A stretch of DNA of 32,000 bases from Nostoc punctiforme PCC 73102 (GCF_000020025.1 NC_010628.1:1620001-1652000), one strand, 5' to 3'; shown: positions 7,689 through 16,393, counted from the stretch's first letter. Translations and numbers: made by a program. Notes: a model not told the origin generated them from the sequence alone.

Positions 7689-10600
7689 TGCGTGACACCA
7701 TTAGCTGGCGCAAGGATCTGTGTAAAAAACTCCGCAACTCGGATGAATTACAACAGCATACAGTATCTAGTTTAGTTAACGCAGATACCAAGGTACAACA
7801 GCGAGAACTTAAGCGTCTTGCCCAACTCATTGCTGATGTGGAATTGGGATTAACCCTACTTAAAGAAGTAGCACCAGAAGAACCTGCAACTTCTGTGGAA
7901 GCCTTGCTCAAAGGATATCGTTTTCCAGTTGAACAACTACAAAGCGATCGCAACTGGCAACTTATACAAAATGCTCGTTTCTATTTGATTAAGCGTAAAG
8001 GCAGACAATGGCTGCGAGTTCTTCAGGAGTACATCAACTTACCTGAAATTATTAGAATCTACTGCCTTGAGGAGGCAAGGAATGTTCCTCAACCTATTCC
8101 ATCCAGTACCTACCCAACTCGTTTAGAGAATATATATCTTCCAACTTTATTAAAAACCCCACAGCATAGACAACGAAAAGTTAAATTAGCAGATGAGGGG
8201 CGGTGGTATGCCAAGATTTCCCAAAAAGGTAACTCTCCAGTTGAGGTTCCTATTGATATTCCCAAGGAAGTTGCTAATATAGCACCTTCGTCTGTAGTAT
8301 CCCTTTGTCGCACACGGACTAAGCAGAATCCACAGTGTAGCGTTACCCGTGAAGAATTAATACTAGCTGCCCAAGAAATGGACGATAAATTGTCCCAATT
8401 TGGGCAACAAGAAAATTATCGTAACCGCTTGGAAAATATCCTCTTCCAGCTATACGATGCTGAATCAGATAATTTCCAGCAAGGTAATCAGCTAACTTTA
8501 GAAGGTCTTATCCACATTGTCGGGCTTTTGAATGTGGGTAAGTCTACCCTGTTGGAAATTATGATTTACTTCTTCGCTAAACAGGGAGATCGCTGTGGGT
8601 TGATGGTGAATGATGTTGCTACAGCAGTGCGCCTCGCTTCTTTGTTCTGCCACAAATTAGGAATTCCTGCTGCACCAGTGTTGGGTAGTAAACGCCAAGA
8701 GCAACTGGCAAAAGTCTACGAACCTATTCTCAAAAGTGAGGGTAAGGAAATTACTAAGGGAGGGATGCATCCTGCATGGCGTTGGTTTAGTCGAGTCTGC
8801 CCACTTTTAGCTTTAGTGCAATCAGAAGATAAGTGGGAATTTGGCAATGAACCTTGTCACAAGCTTTATCAAAAAGTTCTTGTAGCTGATAATGATGATT
8901 CTGATGATGAAGACTGGCAGGAAAGTGATGAAAAATACACTTGTCCCTGTTATTACAAATGTCCACGTCACCATTTAGAAGACGATATTGCTACAGCTTC
9001 AGTATGGATTTTCACCCCTGCTAGTTTCATTCATACTCGTGTACCCCGCCAGGGATTTGAACAAGACTTGACTTTTGCTGAGGCTGTTTATCGAGAATGT
9101 AAATATCTATTTGTTGACGAAGCCGATCGCGTGCAGATTCAGTTTGACGAAGAGTTTGCCCCTGATGAAGTCTTAGTCGATGGTTCTGGAAACTCATTTT
9201 TAAATAAACTCGGACTTAACCTGGCGACAATTTACAATTCCGATCGCGGTGATATGGCAGGCGATCGCTTTCTTGGTTGGACAAGCGCACATTACCATAC
9301 CCAAAATGCTACTAACCGCATCTATCACCTACTCCTCACCCACTCAAAATTGGTTGCGTGGTTGGGGCCACTTCCCTTTACAGGTCGTTCTCTATTTGCT
9401 CGGATTATCCGTGACCTAGTTGATCCGCCTGAGATTCCTGTCTCAGCGAAACCGAAACTAACTCACCAACAAATCATGGAAGAACGGCGTAAACGCATCA
9501 TTGAAGCAGACTTAGCTCCCACAGAGCAACGTCGCCGCCGCAAACAAATGATGGATCAACTAGATGGATTTTTACAACATCCGCTCAATCCCCGTCGTGG
9601 TGGTGAACTTTCAGGTTTGGCGTTGACAATACTAACTGCGGAAGATGACCGTCAAGCCTTAGCTGAAATTGCTCCTTGGTGCAAAAGATGGATAGAAATC
9701 CATAATCTTTCCCTACCAGATGAAACTCAATTTGAGAAACTAACCCGAAATCTCCAATTTGCGATTTTAGTCACCATACTCGACAACCGGCTTGGTTTTA
9801 TAGTTGATAATCTGAGCGACCTCGGTCGCGTAATTAACTTACACGATTCAAGCCAAGACCTTTTACATCGTCCACCGGATGACTTCCTCCCAGTTTTACC
9901 AGAATCGCCAGTGGGAAATATTCTAGGTTTTTTGTATAAGCAAGAACGTAGTGCTAAACAAGCTGGCAAGTTAGACTATTTTCGCTATGTGGGTGTAGGT
10001 CGTGCGTTACTGTTAAATTTCCCAAAACTGTTTGCAGTTGACGATTGGCAGGGCCCACATACTGTTTTGATATCAGGTACTAGCTACGCTCCAGGTTCGC
10101 CAGCCTATCACATCAACATAAAACCCACTATATTGTTGCAATCTAGAACTGGTGAGGCAGGTATAGCTGAAAGTCAGTTTTTCTTTAGTCCCAAACAGAA
10201 TCCGCAAGCCAACTATATTGCTTTATCAGGATTACCACCTGCAAAACGCAAACTTGCTGCTAAAGAAATGGTGGAGGCTATGTGCTACTCGGTAAGAGGT
10301 GGAGAGAGTTTTCTAGATGGCGTATTTGAGGATTTAGAACAGCGAAAACAACAGCAAACAGAATGGTGGAGCGATCGCGATCGCATCTTGATTGTCGTGG
10401 GTAGCTACGATGAATCCGAATGGGTCACGTCTATCTTACAATCGCGCTACCGTTTCGACGTAAACATCAACGATGACGGTATTGCCACCCTCCGCCGTGA
10501 CAATGCTCCTACTCATCTTCATGGGATTCTGCGAAGCGAAATCAGGAATTTACAACATTTACCTACCCAAATTGTAGTTGCTCCTTTGATGGCTTTAGAG

Positions 10601-11164
10601 CGGGGTCACAACATCTTGAATGCTCAAGGTAAAGCTGCATTTGGTGCAGTGCTGTTCCTCAACAGACCTATGCCAGTACCTGATAACTGGCAATCTACTG
10701 TTCAGCAACTCAACGCTTGGGCGCTGAAACACGAAAAAGATTCCACTCTTTATGAAGAAGCTCAATCAATATCGGGGAACCTAACCCTAACTCAGATTGC
10801 AGATATTTTCTACCAGAATGCTGTTGCCGAGATGGTCAACTTGAACTATACGGCGTGGGCTTTTAAGCAACTAACACAAGGAGAGCGATCGGTACTTTGC
10901 TGGACTCAGTTAGTGAGTATCTGGCAAATCATCGGGCGTTTAGTGCGTGGTGGAGTACCAGCAGTAGTCCATTTTATAGATGTGAAATTCGCGCCAAATT
11001 CAGCCATTGGCGAACAAGACAGCGAAATTACTTCACTTTTGGTTGCCATCATCAAGGTGCTGGAACCCTATGTAGAAGGTGAGGATGTGCTGGCGCGATC
11101 GCTCTATGGAGCTTTTTTGAATGCGTTGAAACAAATGAGAGAAAGAAACTTAAACTATGACTAA
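7688..11164 (+). CDS. Operon gene 2: large SF2 helicase of the DinG/XPD (Rad3) type with long N-terminal extension
   Basis: Walker A GLLNVGKST (about 8522..8548). Walker B/DEAD box LFVDEAD (9113..9127). Motif V-like ALERGHNI...AVLFLNRPMPVPDN. Motif VI QIIGRLVR (10925..10948) followed by VVHFIDVKF, as in DinG (QxxGRLIR...vllD.R). Cys cluster between Walker A and B (RVCP.., EPCH.., YTCPCYYKCP at 8935..8975). The start overlaps the gene 1 stop (TAATG). Confidence 0.8.
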   Translation: MRDTISWRKDLCKKLRNSDELQQHTVSSLVNADTKVQQRELKRLAQLIADVELGLTLLKEVAPEEPATSVEALLKGYRFPVEQLQSDRNWQLIQNARFYLIKRKGRQWLRVLQEYINLPEIIRIYCLEEARNVPQPIPSSTYPTRLENIYLPTLLKTPQHRQRKVKLADEGRWYAKISQKGNSPVEVPIDIPKEVANIAPSSVVSLCRTRTKQNPQCSVTREELILAAQEMDDKLSQFGQQENYRNRLENILFQLYDAESDNFQQGNQLTLEGLIHIVGLLNVGKSTLLEIMIYFFAKQGDRCGLMVNDVATAVRLASLFCHKLGIPAAPVLGSKRQEQLAKVYEPILKSEGKEITKGGMHPAWRWFSRVCPLLALVQSEDKWEFGNEPCHKLYQKVLVADNDDSDDEDWQESDEKYTCPCYYKCPRHHLEDDIATASVWIFTPASFIHTRVPRQGFEQDLTFAEAVYRECKYLFVDEADRVQIQFDEEFAPDEVLVDGSGNSFLNKLGLNLATIYNSDRGDMAGDRFLGWTSAHYHTQNATNRIYHLLLTHSKLVAWLGPLPFTGRSLFARIIRDLVDPPEIPVSAKPKLTHQQIMEERRKRIIEADLAPTEQRRRRKQMMDQLDGFLQHPLNPRRGGELSGLALTILTAEDDRQALAEIAPWCKRWIEIHNLSLPDETQFEKLTRNLQFAILVTILDNRLGFIVDNLSDLGRVINLHDSSQDLLHRPPDDFLPVLPESPVGNILGFLYKQERSAKQAGKLDYFRYVGVGRALLLNFPKLFAVDDWQGPHTVLISGTSYAPGSPAYHINIKPTILLQSRTGEAGIAESQFFFSPKQNPQANYIALSGLPPAKRKLAAKEMVEAMCYSVRGGESFLDGVFEDLEQRKQQQTEWWSDRDRILIVVGSYDESEWVTSILQSRYRFDVNINDDGIATLRRDNAPTHLHGILRSEIRNLQHLPTQIVVAPLMALERGHNILNAQGKAAFGAVLFLNRPMPVPDNWQSTVQQLNAWALKHEKDSTLYEEAQSISGNLTLTQIADIFYQNAVAEMVNLNYTAWAFKQLTQGERSVLCWTQLVSIWQIIGRLVRGGVPAVVHFIDVKFAPNSAIGEQDSEITSLLVAIIKVLEPYVEGEDVLARSLYGAFLNALKQMRERNLNYD

Positions 11165-13916
11165 AATTATTCTTCCTGGTGCTTGGGAACTTACTGCAAC
11201 AAATCCAACATACAAACTCTCTGCAATCTATGTCCCTATTACATGGCGACAAGTCGCCAACAACCTTGCTCAACAGCGTGCCAGACTCCAAGGTAAAAGT
11301 TATCGGGCTGTACCAGTTTATTCCCTCGACCCCCTGGTAGTTGGTAGTTTTCCCAAAATTATCAAGACTTTGCGTAATGGCTGGCAAAAAAGCAGTTTAC
11401 CTTGGCTGTTAGCAACAGAAACCACAGACATTTCTGACTTAGGTAACTTGATCAAAGATTGGTTAATAGAAGAATTTAGTACCTTGGAGGATGTTGAGTC
11501 ACAACTTGCAAATTTGAATAATGCTGATTGGCAATGGAGTAATTCACAGACCTATGAATTACTACATCCTCAAAACAAAGTCGAAATAAGCAACCTTTAC
11601 CAAGCAATTCCAGATTACCTTGCTGAGAAGTTTCTCCAAAAACCAACAGTTTACTTTGGTCTTGATGAGCAGTATGAACTGACATTTTACCGAGTAGTCA
11701 GCCTCCAAGGCGCTGAGTTGATGTCATGGCCTCCCAGTGAAGTTACGGTAACAAAAGGAAAGGACACAACAGAAACAGCATACATCTCATTTGTCATTGA
11801 GTTTGTTTTGCAAACCTTTCCCTGGCGCGAAAAACCTATTGTTTATCATCATTTATCAATTCGACGTTGGCTGACAAAACCTTTGAATTATGTACCTTAT
11901 CCAGGCGTGAAAGCTCATATTGGTGATAACCGTCGGTGGTTAGATGGTCAACGCCAACCCTTTTGCTTTATTCCACTAACGATGAAGGGTTATGGAAGGG
12001 AAGTGAAATGGCCTCAAGCCATCAGCAATCTTTTTTCTCTCAATGACTCTCAACTTCCTGACGCAAATAATTTCGTTTCTAACCCAAATCATAACTGGTC
12101 AGGTTTCAACACAATTCCTAGTGGTATCCAAGCTGCGATCGCCTACACTTCTAAATTAGGAGAACCACCCTGCTTTGCTGGTGTCAGTCCACAAGATTTG
12201 GCTAGTTTAGATCAAGCTATTGAAGCACGTCTCCCTGTTCAGAGAGTGGGTGAGGCTGAGAGGGTGACAGGTAACATTTTTATTTTCTGGCCTTTAGAGA
12301 AACCCAAACAGAAAATTGTTCCTCTCCTTGCTGACGAAGATATCCAATCTCCCAAGCCAAAAAAAGCCAAGAAATCTGACAATCCAAATCATTCACACAC
12401 CCCAATGCTGCGACCAAAACTAGCAGCACCAGCAGTATTTCGTGAAGCTGAAAATCCTCTTCGCACCATACTTATTTTGTGGGAAACTCCACAATGTCGT
12501 AATGCACTGATTGCTGAGATTTGCCAGCTACTGTATTTATCACCCACAAAAGTAGAAAATATTTATCAAGGTTTCTACGGTTCTCTGTGTATCAAGACTC
12601 AACATGTTGGCGACCTTACACAAGACCTAGAAATTCAACATTTTTCTGAAGCAAGGAAAACTTATCAACAGCAACGTCCTAATTTATTAGTAGAACGCAT
12701 TAATCAAATCACCGCGTTTCTACCCCCAACTAAAGAACTAAGTGGGGCATTAATCGAAATTAGACCGAAACCTCGTAGATCCGAGACTGATCCCAAGTTG
12801 GCGTGGCGAATTGGAGCAATGAAGGCAGGCTATCTCAATCAACACATTCACCGAATAACCACCGAAAATGATGCAAAAAAACTGAAGAAATCCGGTTTGG
12901 AACCAGTAAAACGAGCAGTGTCAGACTTACTAAGACAATTTGGGATTTTACCTGATACACCTTTAATTAATCCCAAAAAAGATGGCATTGAGCCTGATGT
13001 TTGGTTAACGTGCTTTTATGTCCTACGCCGCACCCGCAAAACAAATGTCGAAAACATTCCCAAAACTGTTGTTTTGATGATCAGAGTTAATCCAATAACA
13101 GCTAAAGTAGAGTTAACAACCCCTGATTTATTTAAAGAACAAGGCTGGATATCATATCCTGTTGGACTCGCGCATCTTCTTGATGAAGACTGGGATTCTA
13201 ACTCTTATGATGAAAGTAATGAAGAGCTTGATGATGAACAAAAAAGCAAAGAAAAAACGAAAGAACAAAGGCTAATCAATAAATTCGTTGCTGAATGTTT
13301 ACAAGAGTGTTTAAATACTCCAATTACTGATAATAAACCCCCGCGTGTACTGTTCATGGCAGAGGCACTAAATGCCCGCAAAATGCTGAACTGGCTACAA
13401 AACCAAAATTTACTAACTAATGACCCACTGCAAGCATTAAAACAGTACCTTTCACAAGAACAAATCAATCGTCTGTGGGTTGTGCGCTTACGAATTGCAG
13501 ATACTGGTGAAGTACCAGCTGCTATTGTTAAAGATTCTCCTGGGAGTCGAACCAGTGGTGTTTACCGATGGCAGGGTGTGTGTGATGATGAGGAGCGATC
13601 GCTCTACCTGAGCGTTAGAAAGGCGTTGTATACTGAACGAGGCACAACAATATTACAAAAAAATCAGTCTCGCCTTGACAATGGCAGCAGGCAAGCTGGA
13701 AGAGCCAGAATCTTAGAAATAGCCTTGATTCATCACCCAGAAATCAAGGGCGACAAGCTAGCTCACTTTGTTCACTCTCTCAGAAGTCGCTGGCCTTATT
13801 TTGCAAATGACGTTTCCCTGCCTTTGCCTTTTCCCTTTGCAATCAAGGCTAAAGAGTATGCTATCAGTACTAAAGATCCAGTGGAATCGTCAGTCTCTGA
13901 GGATTCCAATTTTTAA
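11157..13916 (+). CDS. Operon gene 3: 919-aa protein, candidate prokaryotic PIWI-RE (pPIWI-RE) Argonaute-like protein
   Basis: The 8-nt overlap with gene 2 indicates translational coupling. Size and operon context (REase - DinG helicase - large protein) fit the pPIWI-RE module. The C-terminal ~190 aa has an RNase-H/PIWI-like strand pattern: RVLFMAEAL, LWVVRLRIADTGEVP (compare Argonaute 'RDGVSE'), ILEIALIHH, and a terminal SLPLPFPFAIKAKEYA (compare the PxPxxYAxxLA end of PIWI domains). The assignment is by eye only. Confidence 0.6.
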   Translation: MTKIILPGAWELTATNPTYKLSAIYVPITWRQVANNLAQQRARLQGKSYRAVPVYSLDPLVVGSFPKIIKTLRNGWQKSSLPWLLATETTDISDLGNLIKDWLIEEFSTLEDVESQLANLNNADWQWSNSQTYELLHPQNKVEISNLYQAIPDYLAEKFLQKPTVYFGLDEQYELTFYRVVSLQGAELMSWPPSEVTVTKGKDTTETAYISFVIEFVLQTFPWREKPIVYHHLSIRRWLTKPLNYVPYPGVKAHIGDNRRWLDGQRQPFCFIPLTMKGYGREVKWPQAISNLFSLNDSQLPDANNFVSNPNHNWSGFNTIPSGIQAAIAYTSKLGEPPCFAGVSPQDLASLDQAIEARLPVQRVGEAERVTGNIFIFWPLEKPKQKIVPLLADEDIQSPKPKKAKKSDNPNHSHTPMLRPKLAAPAVFREAENPLRTILILWETPQCRNALIAEICQLLYLSPTKVENIYQGFYGSLCIKTQHVGDLTQDLEIQHFSEARKTYQQQRPNLLVERINQITAFLPPTKELSGALIEIRPKPRRSETDPKLAWRIGAMKAGYLNQHIHRITTENDAKKLKKSGLEPVKRAVSDLLRQFGILPDTPLINPKKDGIEPDVWLTCFYVLRRTRKTNVENIPKTVVLMIRVNPITAKVELTTPDLFKEQGWISYPVGLAHLLDEDWDSNSYDESNEELDDEQKSKEKTKEQRLINKFVAECLQECLNTPITDNKPPRVLFMAEALNARKMLNWLQNQNLLTNDPLQALKQYLSQEQINRLWVVRLRIADTGEVPAAIVKDSPGSRTSGVYRWQGVCDDEERSLYLSVRKALYTERGTTILQKNQSRLDNGSRQAGRARILEIALIHHPEIKGDKLAHFVHSLRSRWPYFANDVSLPLPFPFAIKAKEYAISTKDPVESSVSEDSNF

Positions 13917-14029
13917 CAACGAAGCTACCTTTCAGATTTTGCAACAATATTAAATCGTTGGCTGTTAACCGCAAAGATTGGTAACAATAGGAATAAGCAG
14001 AACGTTTTCCTAAAAAACAGTTTTTCAAT

Positions 14030-14758
14030 ATGAGCAATACCAGTAATTTTCGTGAAGCTATCCGTGAGGCTAAATCTCACGCCCTCGTTGGTCCTAACGT
14101 GATTGCCAACGCCCTCCCCTACGTCGGTGGTGGTTTGGTGCTAACGGCATTAGGAACCTACGGCGGTTTGGGAGTTATCCGTGCTAACCCCGAAATATTC
14201 TTTCCCACCTTCATTGGTGCGGTGATTTTGGAGCTAGTTTTGTTCTTTGTTGCCCAAAATGTTGCCCAAAAAGGTAACAAGGGTCTTGCACTACCCCTGT
14301 TGGCAACCTACAGCCTCTTGTCTGGATATACCCTCAGTGGCTTGGTATTTGTCGCTTTGAGATCCCAAGGTGTTGGCATCCAAGGCATTGGTTTAGCTGC
14401 CCTTGGTTGCGGCGTTACTTTTATTTTTGCCCGTCAAATAGGTTCAAATCTTTCTGAACAAGATGGGATGGCTTTGACGAAAACCATCAATCTTGGTGTT
14501 ATTGCCTTGGTGGTTGTGTGCCTTGCCCAATTTGGGTTTGCCATGTTTGGTGTTTACACGCCAAATTGGTTAGAAATTGCCATCTCCGGTTTAGGAGTAT
14601 TTCTGTTTGTTGGGGTTTCTGTCGTCGATTTCTACATCTTGCCCCGCACTTACAGCGATGACCAATATCTGCCTGCTGCTTTATCGATGTACCTTACTTA
14701 CATCAACTTGTTCGTCTTTATCTTGCGGTTGCTAATTGCTATCAATGGCCGCGATTAA
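14030..14758 (+). CDS. Bax inhibitor-1/YccA family integral membrane protein
   Basis: 242 aa with about seven hydrophobic segments. N-terminal cytosolic stretch and C-terminal motif (YLPAALSMYLTYINLFVFILRLL) are typical of the BI-1/YccA family. Confidence 0.85.
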   Translation: MSNTSNFREAIREAKSHALVGPNVIANALPYVGGGLVLTALGTYGGLGVIRANPEIFFPTFIGAVILELVLFFVAQNVAQKGNKGLALPLLATYSLLSGYTLSGLVFVALRSQGVGIQGIGLAALGCGVTFIFARQIGSNLSEQDGMALTKTINLGVIALVVVCLAQFGFAMFGVYTPNWLEIAISGLGVFLFVGVSVVDFYILPRTYSDDQYLPAALSMYLTYINLFVFILRLLIAINGRD

Positions 14759-14797
14759 TTGTCTGTAGACGCTAACACAAGTAAAGTTTTATAAAGT

Positions 14798-14836
14798 AAA
14801 AACCGTGGTTAAATTTTTAGCAACCACGGTTTTTTG
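14798..14836 (+). terminator. Rho-independent terminator of the BI-1 gene
   Basis: Perfect stem aaaaccgtggtt / aaccacggtttt around an 11-nt loop, running into a T6 tract (14830..14835), 40 nt after the stop codon. Confidence 0.8.
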
Positions 14837-14865
14837 ACAAAATTCAACCCCGACAGATAAAACCT

Positions 14866-15048
14866 GTATCCAGCAAGCTTATCCGTGAATACATCTTGCA
14901 TCCTTATACCAACGTCAAAGATTTACGTACCAATGTAGAAACAACTGCTGCAACAGAGGTATTAGACGGTAAAATTGATTTTTTTATCAAAGAAAGCCTA
15001 TCTGCAACAGCTAAATTACACTACTTCAGTGGGCAAAGAAGCGCTTGA
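14866..15048 (+). pseudogene. Remnant of the 3' end of a diverged release-factor-2 gene (no start codon, no 5' part)
   Basis: Frame 1 reads SSKLIREYILHPYTNVKDLRTNVETTAATEVLDGKIDFFIKESLSA... The intact prfB C-terminus is (N)[43 protein letters not shown] (about 16153..16272). By hand alignment, 23 of 40 residues are identical. It starts about 30 nt after the BI-1 terminator. Confidence 0.6.
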
Positions 15049-15188
15049 TAATTCCAAGTAATTTTTGTAACTTAATACAAATGGCGCAAAGAGAAATTGC
15101 CCAACTACAGCTAAAATTAATAGATACAAGTAGAATAAAGAGCGATTTCTCAATCCCAAGCGCTCTATCTATCATTACAGCAAGCATT

Positions 15189-16311
15189 ATGGATGTCTTA
15201 GAACTCAAACGCGAAATCGAAACGTTGTCTGGCCGCCTGGGTAAAACCCAGGACTATCTTTGACGTACCTGCACTGGCAGCCAAAATTCAAGACCTCGAA
15301 AAAATATCAGCTCAACCAGAATTTTGGGATAACCAAACCCAAGCCCAACAAACGCTACAAGAACTCAACGACCTGAAAGCCCACCTCCAGCAATACGATC
15401 GCTGGCACGCCAATCTCGAAGATACTAAGGCAGTTGTTGAATTGTTGGAGTTAGAAACCGATGAGGCACTACTCCAAGAAGCAGAATCTACCATCACTAA
15501 ACTGAATCGTGATCTGGATCAGTGGGAGTTACAACAGTTACTTTCCGGCCCCTATGATGCGGAAGGCGCTGTACTGACGATTAGTGCTGGTGCTGGTGGC
15601 ACAGATGCTCAGGACTGGGCATTTATGCTGATGCGGATGTACACCCGTTGGGGCGAAGCTCACGGCTATAAGGTAACTTTAGCTGAAGAGTCGGAGGGTG
15701 ATGAAGCCGGAATTAAATCGGCAACCCTAGAAATTACTGGTCGCTATGCCTATGGTTACTTGCGTTCAGAGATGGGTACACATCGCTTAGTGCGGATTTC
15801 ACCTTTTAATGCCAACGGCAAACGACAAACCAGTTTTGCAGGGGTGGAAGTGATGCCGCAGATTGATAACTCTGTGCAATTGGAGATTCCAGATAAGGAT
15901 TTGGAAATCACCACAACTCGTTCTGGTGGTAAAGGTGGGCAAAACGTCAACAAAGTAGAAACTGCGGTGCGGATTGTTCACATTCCTACTGGTCTTGCCG
16001 TGCGCTGTACAGAAGAGCGATCGCAGTTGCAAAATAAAGAAAAAGCCCTAAATCGTCTCAAAGCAAAGCTGTTGGTCATCGCCAAAGAGCAACGCGCCCA
16101 AGAAATTGCCGAGATTCGTGGCGATATGGTGGAAGCCTCCTGGGGAAACCAAATCCGTAACTATGTGTTTCACCCTTACCAAATGGTGAAAGATTTACGT
16201 ACAAATACAGAAACAACGGCGATTGGCGATGTGATGAATGGCGAACTCGATCCATTCATTCAAGCTTATTTGCGTCAAGAAAACAAATTAGTAGAAAACA
16301 CTAACTCATAA
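15189..16311 (+). CDS. prfB: Peptide chain release factor 2, requiring a programmed +1 frameshift at 15258..15264
   Basis: Frame 0 ATG at 15189 gives [24 protein letters not shown], then in-frame TGA (15261..15263). The +1 frame from GAC at 15262 continues [25 protein letters not shown]... into the track ORF 15442..16311. That ORF contains the SPF motif (RISPFN) and the GGQ motif ([16 protein letters not shown]). Confidence 0.92.
15250..15264 (+). promoter_or_regulatory. prfB autoregulatory +1 frameshift site (SD-like AGGA, slippery CTT TGA C)
   Basis: The sequence c-AGGA-c-TAT-CTT-TGA-C matches the E. coli-type prfB recoding cassette (internal SD-like element, CUU UGA C). Confidence 0.85.
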
Positions 16312-16393
16312 TTTGGGATGATTTATAAGCGCTAACTAATTATTTGTAATATTACTTAGCACTTGTTATTTATTTTTGAGGATTTCAGATTGG

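Noticed and set aside
14030-14758. BI-1/YccA gene as a possible fourth (membrane effector) gene of the three-gene system, since no clear terminator separates it from gene 3
   Set aside because: It is separated by a 113-nt gap, unlike the overlapping junctions within the operon. It belongs to a ubiquitous housekeeping family and is not part of the described module. Read-through transcription remains possible but is not evidence of function.
15045-15188. Upstream extension of the prfB first frame (track ORF starts at 15045, MIIPSNFCNLIQ...)
   Set aside because: The extra 48 residues have no RF2 similarity and would overlap the tail of the prfB-remnant frame. RF2 N-termini start about 24-25 codons before the frameshift site, which matches the ATG at 15189.
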